A stretch of 64,000 nt of DNA from a virus. The DNA is taken from positions 1-64,000 of IMG/VR virus record IMGVR_UViG_3300025162_000024; one strand, given 5' to 3'. Every line of letters begins with the position of its first letter. The stretch's first letter is position 1. The notes below the pieces were generated by a model. That model was not told where the DNA came from and searched no databases. It saw nothing but the letters and a program-made list of their open reading frames with translations. The position numbers and the translations under genes are program-made. Shown here in pieces: positions 37,294 to 45,462 of this stretch.

Positions 37294-40200
37294 TTATTCT
37301 ACATCACCCTGTGTCTTGTGCGACAGGTCGTTCCATCCCTTGACCAGGCTCTGGACCCTGGGATCTTCGTACTTCACTGGCTTTGAGCCTGCGGAGTCCT
37401 CCGCGTACTGGAAGCCACCGCCTGGCCGGGGCAGCCTGAAGATGCCTGATGGTTTGCCAGCGGCGTCGTTCTGGGCCCCGTAGAACTTATCCCCAAGCTT
37501 CTTCTCCCCTTGGGCCACTCCGATCCTACCGCTCATAACCTCTGAGTCCGGGCCGGGCAATATGCCTCTGACGAACTGGCCCAGGCCGAGTACTGGATGG
37601 ACGTTGAGCGATCGGCCTATGGCGTCGGTGGTCGCGTCGATCGGCCCGAGCTTCTCGCCCTCTGGGCCTACCCCGTAGTCACGGAAGGCTCCGATCGTTG
37701 TGTTGTGCTGCCGCTGCATGATCCCGTTGGCCTCTGAAAGGGCCTGGGCCATCCCCGGATCTTCCCGTCCCGCACTCATCTCACGCACCCTGATATCCTT
37801 GGCCAAGGTCAACATACGCCCTCCGTCCAGGCCGCCTTCGACCAGGGCCCCGGCCCCGCCCACGGCCAACCCCGTCTTCAAAGCTTTAGTCGAAGCCTTT
37901 GCCCCACTCAGCACATGTCGAACTGTGTTAGCCCCCATCCATACGCCCATCCCGTTCAAAGTGAGCTTCTCAGCCGCCCTCTGTCTGTCTTCAAATGTCT
38001 TTCCGGTCACGACACCAGATAACCCGGTGGCCGCCTCTTGGGCCATCCCGGGGGCCATCGCGACCATGGCCGGGGCCATCGCCGGATTGACCATGGCCGT
38101 CAAGGGCTTGACCCCTTCTTCATATGTATCGGAGTTCTTGGCTGCCTGGGACCGGCCGGGGTATGCCGGGTCCTCCTCGGGCAGCTTCTGCCCCGAGTCC
38201 ACCCTTATCTGCTCTTTGGCCCGCTCCTCTGGCTGCAGGTCCCAGTCTTTCATGGAGACGCTGGAGATCCCTGCTCTAGGATCTTCCGTGGGCTTTGCCT
38301 GTCCAGCTCGGTAGGCTCCGAGACCGGCACCGCCCACTCCGCCCAGGCCCGCTCCGATCAAGGCATTCTTCAGGTAGTCTTTCAGCTTGGGCCTCTCCTG
38401 GAGCAGGGTGATCAGAGCACCTAGGCCTCCGCCGGCCAGGGCCCCGGCCCCACCGTAGACCGCGGCTGAGGTCCCGGCATCTGCAGATTGCTTGGGCTCC
38501 CCCTGGTTAAAGGTGCGGACGTAGCCGGGCATAAGCCGGGACATCTCGGCATCGGGGAAGCCCCCCTCGTTCTCCTCTACATCCTTAAAACGAGGATGCT
38601 CAGGGATCGCGAAGCTCTTGGAAGGATCCTTCGGATCAGGCGCAGTTTTTCCCATGTTCTGCCTGAACCAAGAAATAGCTTTCAACGCGTCTTCCGGCGT
38701 ATGCACCGGCTGCCCGGTAATGTCCGAGTACAGCCGCTTGATGTCCGCAGCCGCATTCGACAACTCAAGCTTACGGTTAGTCTCCAAGGTAGTCCACCGG
38801 GTATCGTTCCTTTGTAGACTGTGGCCAACCTCGTGCCTTCCGAACATCAGCTGCAGAGCACGATTAGTCGCGGGATCTGCGGATGACGCCTGATCTGAAG
38901 CGATATCATGATGGGCTATATACTTAGATACCGGAGCAGGTCTACTCAGGTAGCTTGAGACTGGCTCTGATCTCGATTCTCTCGCCCCGTTGACAAACGA
39001 GGCCGGAACATTAGTCTCCCCGCCAGCCGAGTAATTCGACTGTTCGGTCGGCACAGAGTGCAATGCCAAGGGCCTATCGGCCTTGGACAAGTCTTGATCC
39101 TCCAATTCGGTCATCTTATGGGAGGCGGCGTACCCTTTGGCCAGGTCTATCTCACGATTGATACCGCCAGGTAGCTTTGAGTAGGCTGGAGCCAACGCCT
39201 GCCTCGGGGTCGTGACAGCCTCTGCCCCCACTCCTCTGAGTTTGCCCATCGGTGTAATGTCCGGAAGATCAAGCTTCTCCACTGGTAGCCTTGGTCCCGG
39301 TTCCCCCGCCTGCTTCGGTCCAAAGGTCCTAGCATATCCTGGAAGTTGGTTTACTGGCTGGTTACTGACCACACCGGGCATAACCTGGGCTGCCCAGTCG
39401 TCGGGGAACCCGCCGTTGTCCTCGTACACCTGATAGTCCAGGGCGGTCGGGATCTTCCCGGTGTTCTTAAGCATCTCACGACCCATAACCTCGTTTTGCT
39501 GCCCAAACCTGGGAGGCAACAGATCAGAAAGCCCCGGCACATTCTTATACAGATCCGACGGGATCCGCTTAGCAAGCCAATCTCTAGCTCGCTCAAGTGT
39601 TCCCCATTCGCCCCTGGGATTGAAATTATGAGTGGCAGTATTCACCCGTCGGGCCTGCTCAGGATCAGTGTTCTGCCTGTACCAGGCCAGAGCCTCACTA
39701 GCCTCCTGAGGGTTAGTTACAGGTTTACCCGTGTGCAGAGCGTACTGCCGCTTGATCTCACCAACATTGTTAAGAAGCTCTATAGGCCGGTTTATGTGCC
39801 CCATTCCATCCGACGGAAGTTTCTCTAAACCCAGATCAGCGGCTGTGTATGGTCTGCCCATTAAACCAGCTATATCTTCGGACTTCTGACTTCCATGCCC
39901 GCCTATTTCATGCGCAGTAACCGCAGACGCCATGCTCCCAAGAGGGGCGGTCCCCGGACGAGGAACAAACGCCGTAGGTCCCGAGCTGTCGAGCGTAAAA
40001 GGACCGCCAAAGGCGTTGCGAGCTTCTGGAGCATACGCAAACCTGGCAGTAGGGGCAGCCCGGCTACCAGGCACTTCGGGGCGTACGACACGATACAGCC
40101 CACTCTGAAAACCTGCCTGAGCCTTCTGGGCAACTTGTGGGTCGGATTCCCAGTATGTCTTAGCATCGGCATAAACCTTGTCAAGACCTCCCGGAACCTT

Positions 40201-41394
40201 CGCGTACCACGGGGATAACACGTTGTACGGTGAAGTTGGTGGCAGAACTTCGTTGGAAACAGATAAGGAAGTCCGCGGATCATGTTTACCGTAGGCGTTC
40301 ATTCCGCCAAATGCGGCTCCCATCGCTCCGCCTGTCAGAGCACTGTTACCTACCCCCTGCCCGATGCTGCGATTAGGATCAATCGTATTTCTGGCAATGA
40401 CGTTGCTTGCGGCAGTGTGCAGCCCGCTGAGATCCGCACTTGCAAGTCCGCTGCCGAGCACTCTACCAAGTGTTCTCCCAGCGACCCTTCTCGTGATATC
40501 TCCGCCAAGCTGGCCTACCACCCGCCCACCAGTACCAGCTACTGTCGGGAACGCCGCCCCCATCACTCCACCAAGCCCAGCATTGCCAGCCCGCATGGCC
40601 AGAGCCTGCCCAGTGCTTATATTCTGCCCATTCTGCCTGGCCCTGGCAATCTCCTCGGCCGCCGATAGATCTCCAGACACCCCGCCCTGCCCAGCGAATA
40701 AGGCCGTAGCAGCCAACGGAGCCTTTACAGCCATCAACGGGGCTGTGCCGGCCACCCCCCCACCAATCCTGGCTACTGTGTTCAGTGCTGTATCGGCCGT
40801 CGGATTACCCAGTGAGGTCATCTCATGGTAGGCATTGGCATCCTGGCCACTGACCAGCCCAAGTGCATGTCCAGCCGGTAGGAGTGCCGAGTCGACAATA
40901 CCCTTGTTGAAAGAGTCAAGAGCCTGCTGGGCTGTTCCAGCGTTAGCCTCGCCCTTGGCCTGCAGATTATGCTGATACTGCTGCCGAGCTGTGTTCTCAT
41001 CCCCACCGGTCAATGCCGCATTCTGATGTCTGGCGATAATCCCCATGCCCAGCTTAGGGGTGTACCTGCCGGCAGTCTTCAACTCCTGAATGTCATTACC
41101 GGCATTAACCCTCCACTGAGGGGTGCCCTCTGGAAGCACAGGAGCAGCCTTCGGAGTGCTAGGGGCAATCGGGGTCTTTCCGGAGGTCCCGGGGACCAGG
41201 GGGGCGGCTGCTGCTTGCTTCGGAGCCTGTCTCCCCATCTGCCAGGGTGTCGCGTTATTAACCACACTGGCCTTCATCCGGGCTATGGCCTGGACCAGCG
41301 GGAGACTTACGCCCCGGCCGTGGGGGAGGGGCTGGACGGGCAGGGTCTGGCCGTCGAGGGCAGAGGCGAGCTTAAATAGGAGCTCTGAGGTCAT
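37294..41394 (-). CDS. Large polyvalent-type virion protein with two zincin-like metallopeptidase modules and glycine zippers
   Basis: HEIGGH (39895-39912) and HEVGH (38821-38835) in duplicated modules; start moved to ATG 41394 (MTSELLFKLAS) because the called start lies inside a terminator. Confidence 0.75.
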   Translation of the reverse strand: MTSELLFKLASALDGQTLPVQPLPHGRGVSLPLVQAIARMKASVVNNATPWQMGRQAPKQAAAAPLVPGTSGKTPIAPSTPKAAPVLPEGTPQWRVNAGNDIQELKTAGRYTPKLGMGIIARHQNAALTGGDENTARQQYQHNLQAKGEANAGTAQQALDSFNKGIVDSALLPAGHALGLVSGQDANAYHEMTSLGNPTADTALNTVARIGGGVAGTAPLMAVKAPLAATALFAGQGGVSGDLSAAEEIARARQNGQNISTGQALAMRAGNAGLGGVMGAAFPTVAGTGGRVVGQLGGDITRRVAGRTLGRVLGSGLASADLSGLHTAASNVIARNTIDPNRSIGQGVGNSALTGGAMGAAFGGMNAYGKHDPRTSLSVSNEVLPPTSPYNVLSPWYAKVPGGLDKVYADAKTYWESDPQVAQKAQAGFQSGLYRVVRPEVPGSRAAPTARFAYAPEARNAFGGPFTLDSSGPTAFVPRPGTAPLGSMASAVTAHEIGGHGSQKSEDIAGLMGRPYTAADLGLEKLPSDGMGHINRPIELLNNVGEIKRQYALHTGKPVTNPQEASEALAWYRQNTDPEQARRVNTATHNFNPRGEWGTLERARDWLAKRIPSDLYKNVPGLSDLLPPRFGQQNEVMGREMLKNTGKIPTALDYQVYEDNGGFPDDWAAQVMPGVVSNQPVNQLPGYARTFGPKQAGEPGPRLPVEKLDLPDITPMGKLRGVGAEAVTTPRQALAPAYSKLPGGINREIDLAKGYAASHKMTELEDQDLSKADRPLALHSVPTEQSNYSAGGETNVPASFVNGARESRSEPVSSYLSRPAPVSKYIAHHDIASDQASSADPATNRALQLMFGRHEVGHSLQRNDTRWTTLETNRKLELSNAAADIKRLYSDITGQPVHTPEDALKAISWFRQNMGKTAPDPKDPSKSFAIPEHPRFKDVEENEGGFPDAEMSRLMPGYVRTFNQGEPKQSADAGTSAAVYGGAGALAGGGLGALITLLQERPKLKDYLKNALIGAGLGGVGGAGLGAYRAGQAKPTEDPRAGISSVSMKDWDLQPEERAKEQIRVDSGQKLPEEDPAYPGRSQAAKNSDTYEEGVKPLTAMVNPAMAPAMVAMAPGMAQEAATGLSGVVTGKTFEDRQRAAEKLTLNGMGVWMGANTVRHVLSGAKASTKALKTGLAVGGAGALVEGGLDGGRMLTLAKDIRVREMSAGREDPGMAQALSEANGIMQRQHNTTIGAFRDYGVGPEGEKLGPIDATTDAIGRSLNVHPVLGLGQFVRGILPGPDSEVMSGRIGVAQGEKKLGDKFYGAQNDAAGKPSGIFRLPRPGGGFQYAEDSAGSKPVKYEDPRVQSLVKGWNDLSHKTQGDVE

Positions 41395-41400
41395 ACCACC

Positions 41401-41408
41401 AGTGTACA
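41401..41408 (-). promoter_or_regulatory. -10 box TGTACACT, 6 nt before ATG 41394
   Basis: Downstream of terminator; recurring motif. Confidence 0.55.
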
Positions 41409-41451
41409 TCGATCTTAGCCCGTAAGGAGAACGTGTACGTATATCTGACAG

Positions 41452-41482
41452 AAAAAAGGCCGGCTGTGTCATTCAGCCGGCC
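41452..41482 (-). terminator. Rho-independent terminator
   Basis: GGCCGGCTG-loop-CAGCCGGCC followed by TTTTTT. Confidence 0.88.
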
Positions 41483-41519
41483 CACGCAAACACTGCCGGG
41501 TGCACCCGGCTACGGTGTA

Positions 41520-41927
41520 TCAGTTCTGAACCTGGCCCGAGACGATAAACGCGGTCCTCGCACTCGGGACAGAAAACCCAGTTACGTTCCCGGGCTTGAG
41601 GATGTAGCCGGCTTCAGGATCGACCGGGATCGAGACGGCCTGGATATTAAACCCGCCGTTCTTCTGCAGGACACAGAGTCCGGGGGACCAGATCTCCAAG
41701 GGCTGGGTATCGCTGAGGGGTTGCCCAGGGGTCACAGCGGGTCTCACAAGGTATAGAGTGCCATTCTCCTCTTGGTTCTCCACCAGAAGCTCCACGACGT
41801 TCCCCACCTTTAGCTGGCGGCCGCGGACTGGGAGACCTCCTAACTTAGCGGTGTCGGCCGCCTCGAACAAGCGTAACCGCTCAACCGCGTAGTCCGTTAA
41901 CTGCTTTGAGGGTAAGGAGTTGGGCAT
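41520..41927 (-). CDS. Hypothetical protein (likely virion)
   Basis: 135 aa beta-rich, GAGG SD. Confidence 0.65.
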   Translation of the reverse strand: MPNSLPSKQLTDYAVERLRLFEAADTAKLGGLPVRGRQLKVGNVVELLVENQEENGTLYLVRPAVTPGQPLSDTQPLEIWSPGLCVLQKNGGFNIQAVSIPVDPEAGYILKPGNVTGFSVPSARTAFIVSGQVQN

Positions 41928-41933
41928 AAGTCC

Positions 41934-42110
41934 TCATATCTGCTGCCACCCGGTCCAGCGGATCACAGATCGCTCAGACGCCAGTTGCCACTCGTAGATA
42001 TCACGGATGCAGTTCTTCTCCGCCTCGCTCGGCTCCAGGTTCAGCTTATGCAGGGGGATGGTGACTATGAGGGGCTTGTCCGGGGCCGGATTGGGCTGCT
42101 CAGTGGTCAT
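41934..42110 (-). CDS. Small hypothetical protein
   Basis: GAGGA SD before ATG 42110. Confidence 0.5.
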   Translation of the reverse strand: MTTEQPNPAPDKPLIVTIPLHKLNLEPSEAEKNCIRDIYEWQLASERSVIRWTGWQQI

Positions 42111-42120
42111 TTGCAGATCC

Positions 42121-43875
42121 TCATTGGGCCTGCTGCTGCCCTTCGTTCTGCGTCTCTTGACTTTGGCGAGCCAGCTGCATTTTTGCTTTGACCAAAGACC
42201 AGAGCGTTTCATCCGATTGCTTCAGCTTCAACATTTCGGATTTTCTTTGTTCGTACGGTATCTGTAAGAGCTTAGTAGCCAATTGCTCAGCCTGCTGTGT
42301 AAGTTGCGGGAGGCTCGTGCCGCCGCCGGACCCGCCAGCAGAAGGCTGACTCGGCTGTCCGGTGACCCCTGCAGCCTGGAGCATGGGGCTCTGCTTGGAC
42401 TGAGCTTGTTGCTGCAGTATAGAAAGGTCCGAAGAAAGTTCCATCTGAGCCTCAGCCTCAAGACGCTGACTGCGGAAGCGATTCTTCCGATCCTGATCGG
42501 GGTCCACGCCCATCCGCTCAAGGATCGGGCCCATGTCGATCCGCTGGCTGGTCGCAAGACTCATCACCATCTGCCGGTTCTCAATATCATCGGCAAGCGT
42601 GACAGGCTTGAACTTAGCGTCACATCCTTCCCAGGCCATGGCCGTGGATACTGTCTTGTTCAACCATGACAACCAAAGATTTATGCCGGATAGGTAGTCC
42701 GAAAAAGTTTGCTGCACAGTCCTCAACGCCACAGGCAGTACGTCGAACTTCATGGTGCCGCGGTACATCTCCGCAGGGACACCGGAAGCATTTAGCATCT
42801 CGTCGGTGGCCGCCCCGATCATGTCATGGGTGATCATCTGGGTGCCTTCACCTCCGAGGCACTGATATGCGATTGGCGAGCCCACGAAATTCCACCCCCC
42901 AGGATTTCGCCGATGCTGTTTGAGCATTTGGCTCACCATACCGTTGAACATCGCGGGGTTTATAGCGGAGGCGTCGATCCCCGCCTGGGGTGCTGCAGGA
43001 CTGATCACCCGGAACGGAACTATATATTCTTGCGCGAGAACTTCATTATAAAGCTTAAGAGTCTGTATATACCATGCTTGTGAGAACAGGTGAAGGAAGT
43101 TCCCGATCCCCCATCCCTTAACATCAACGCCCGCGAGCGTCTTGTTCCGCATGTGGAAGACGACCCCCGGGTTGAACTGGAACAGTTTCCCGGCCTGTAT
43201 GGCTCGTACGATATCCCATGGCATCGTCTCCAGCGTGAACGGATCCCCCTCCTTGAGCTCCTTAACAATCTGGGGATCAGGGTCCCACGAGTAAACGCAC
43301 TTCCCGGAGATCGGGTGTTCCTTGATCTTCATCCGATGGGGGGTCCAGCGGATGACATGGATATCCTCTTCCATCGGCCGCCGGCGGTCTATAGGCTTCT
43401 CCGTCACCTGGTTAGACTTGCACTTCCCACACTTCCAGATGAATTTGAAGTCCTTGAACTTGTAGTTGACCCGATCGATCCTGAGCTCTTGGCCACACTC
43501 AGTACAGGCCAGGAACCGGGAGAACGGCAGGTAGACGGAAGAAAAACTGTTGGCGTACGCCATGTAATCGTCGCCCAACGCAGCAGCCGTATTGAGCACG
43601 TCAAACGGCCCGTTCAGGAACTTCTCGACCCGTTTCCTCTGCTGATCCGAACAGTTGGTGATATCCACGTCGGTCAGGAAGTACCGGACCATCCGCTTCA
43701 TGGCCTGGGCATAGGTAGGCGACCGGTACCACAGATGCTCGCACCACCGGAGCAGCTCAGGGACCGACCGGGGCATCTGGGCCGTGGAATAAGAGAGGAA
43801 TGGGTTCGGATAAGTCCGCATCCGCTGACCTTCAACGTTCTGGGCCTCTCCTGTATTGCCGTCGAGCATTCCCAT
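42121..43875 (-). CDS. Portal-like protein with Zn-ribbon insertion
   Basis: 584 aa at head of morphogenesis module; DYMAYANSFSSVYLP, IHVIRWTPHRMKI, VVFHMR...GWG, LNASGVPAE, Gln-rich tail fit portal architecture; CTEC...CGKC insert. Confidence 0.65.
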   Translation of the reverse strand: MGMLDGNTGEAQNVEGQRMRTYPNPFLSYSTAQMPRSVPELLRWCEHLWYRSPTYAQAMKRMVRYFLTDVDITNCSDQQRKRVEKFLNGPFDVLNTAAALGDDYMAYANSFSSVYLPFSRFLACTECGQELRIDRVNYKFKDFKFIWKCGKCKSNQVTEKPIDRRRPMEEDIHVIRWTPHRMKIKEHPISGKCVYSWDPDPQIVKELKEGDPFTLETMPWDIVRAIQAGKLFQFNPGVVFHMRNKTLAGVDVKGWGIGNFLHLFSQAWYIQTLKLYNEVLAQEYIVPFRVISPAAPQAGIDASAINPAMFNGMVSQMLKQHRRNPGGWNFVGSPIAYQCLGGEGTQMITHDMIGAATDEMLNASGVPAEMYRGTMKFDVLPVALRTVQQTFSDYLSGINLWLSWLNKTVSTAMAWEGCDAKFKPVTLADDIENRQMVMSLATSQRIDMGPILERMGVDPDQDRKNRFRSQRLEAEAQMELSSDLSILQQQAQSKQSPMLQAAGVTGQPSQPSAGGSGGGTSLPQLTQQAEQLATKLLQIPYEQRKSEMLKLKQSDETLWSLVKAKMQLARQSQETQNEGQQQAQ

Positions 43876-43877
43876 CG

Positions 43878-44117
43878 CTATTCCTTTGCATCAGCAGGAG
43901 TTACGGCCAATGTACGCAGACGTTGGCAGGGGCACCGGAGACGCCCACAGTCGTCAGCCGAAGCCTTGATCAGCGGGTCTCCAGCCTCAGACTTGAATGC
44001 TGGCTCATAGGCCTCGGCAGAAAAGATAGGCTGACCGAGCACCTCCCGCTGGGTGAGAGGTCGCCTGAAGCATTCACACCAGGTGGTGCCCGCCACTGTA
44101 TTTGCGTGCTTTTCCAT
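43878..44117 (-). CDS. Small Cys-containing hypothetical protein
   Basis: 79 aa, CEC...C...CPC. Confidence 0.55.
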   Translation of the reverse strand: MEKHANTVAGTTWCECFRRPLTQREVLGQPIFSAEAYEPAFKSEAGDPLIKASADDCGRLRCPCQRLRTLAVTPADAKE

Positions 44118-44131
44118 CAGACTCCAGTCTA

Positions 44132-44884
44132 TCAGGCCTCGGGCTGCGTGCTCTCCGCCCCCAGGATCAAGAAGTCAGTAAGCTCCAGGCCCCCTGAGAT
44201 AACATAGGTCTGCCCGGTGTACGCACAGGTAATGAGCTGACCATCGATCAGCAACTGGATCTTCGAGTCGGCATCCCCACTCTCAAACTGCGGAGGACGG
44301 CTCCCACCCCCCTCTGGGTTCCACACAAGGAGGAGCCCAGCCTTGTTCGGGGAGAGGATCACGTCGTCATACCCAACGGCGATCCTCATCTTGTCGATGA
44401 TGAACGTGACAGCCACCCGCTTCCGCCTTGGGGCCTGGGCGGTCTGTGGCGGTATGCGTACCACTCGTCGCTCTTCGACCTGCTCGGACACCATAGGCTT
44501 AGTCTGAATCGTTTCCAACGGCTTCCTCTCCTCTGAGGTCCACACCTGGTCCTGCCCCTGGTCTTCACCCATCTCTGACATCGGTTCCTCCACTTTGGCC
44601 GGTCTGGCCATCCTCGTCGGTTCCTGGGGTCGGCGCGAGCCTGGCTGGACCGGGACCGCCCGATCGCCTACGACCTTTGCCCTCTGTGCGGCTCGGGGCC
44701 CTCCAACCTTGACCTTAGACATGCTCCGGCCATCCTTTGACACTACGTCCACCTCGAACTCCGCATTTGGATCGATCATTCCACTTGACCATTCGCCCAG
44801 CGTCCGGGCCTGCCCCGGTTCGACCACTTCGACATCTCCGCCGGCCGATGAGTCAGATCCGATAGTTTTGAAGGCGAGTGCCAT
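44132..44884 (-). CDS. Hypothetical protein
   Basis: 250 aa, GGAGG SD, disordered middle and beta-rich C-domain. Confidence 0.65.
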   Translation of the reverse strand: MALAFKTIGSDSSAGGDVEVVEPGQARTLGEWSSGMIDPNAEFEVDVVSKDGRSMSKVKVGGPRAAQRAKVVGDRAVPVQPGSRRPQEPTRMARPAKVEEPMSEMGEDQGQDQVWTSEERKPLETIQTKPMVSEQVEERRVVRIPPQTAQAPRRKRVAVTFIIDKMRIAVGYDDVILSPNKAGLLLVWNPEGGGSRPPQFESGDADSKIQLLIDGQLITCAYTGQTYVISGGLELTDFLILGAESTQPEA

Positions 44885-45062
44885 TAGACCTCCGCTGCCC
44901 GTTGACCATCAGATGTACGTGGTTCTCCGGACTCGTGTAGACCGTGGACTCGAACTTATTGTTGGGGTCTATCTGTGCCGATGGAGTATCTCGGTCAACT
45001 CCGAGTACTGCCATCTCCTCTTCCGTGAACTCAATGCCCGTCGCTCTGTATGTGAATGCCAT
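44853..45062 (-). CDS. Small hypothetical protein (leaderless)
   Basis: ATG 45062 is 7 nt after TATACT. Confidence 0.55.
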   Translation of the reverse strand: MAFTYRATGIEFTEEEMAVLGVDRDTPSAQIDPNNKFESTVYTSPENHVHLMVNGQRRSNGTRLQNYRI

Positions 45063-45080
45063 GCCCAAGAGTATACCGCG

Positions 45081-45449
45081 TCAGCTGATCCCAAGCTGGC
45101 CAAAGGGTGCCGGGCGGTCGGTGTTCTCCACATTCGTAACGTCGAATGTGCCACCAGCACCCACTGCAGTACCCAGTACATTAGCCGGATCCAATGTTCC
45201 GCCAGCAGAGACCATTACTTTGGCTACGGGCAGGGTCCCCCCGGCTGAGGCCAATACACTGGCTAATGGAATCGTGTACTGAGGATCTCCGATGCCCGGG
45301 GACCCGCCTACCCTATTAAATACGGAAAAGGTGTCCGCGACATCCGCCGAGTACTGGCCATTTGAATAGGTCATTACCACGGCGTCCTGGGCCCCCGCCT
45401 GTGTCGCAGCATACAAGTTCAATCCTGCTGATCCGTTCCATGTAATCAT
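45081..45449 (-). CDS. Small virion structural-type protein
   Basis: Ala/Gly/Thr-rich, follows spike gene. Confidence 0.6.
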   Translation of the reverse strand: MITWNGSAGLNLYAATQAGAQDAVVMTYSNGQYSADVADTFSVFNRVGGSPGIGDPQYTIPLASVLASAGGTLPVAKVMVSAGGTLDPANVLGTAVGAGGTFDVTNVENTDRPAPFGQLGIS

Positions 45450-45462
45450 CTTGGCATCTCAT

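Noticed and set aside
30710-41394. Tape measure protein
   Set aside because: The large ORFs lack the regular aromatic-spaced helical repeats and adjacent tail tube/chaperone genes; they are mosaic with Pro-rich and peptidase modules
41395-41472. Called start of the 1392-aa ORF at 41472
   Set aside because: That ATG lies in a terminator loop; ATG 41394 follows a -10 box and gives a KLA leader
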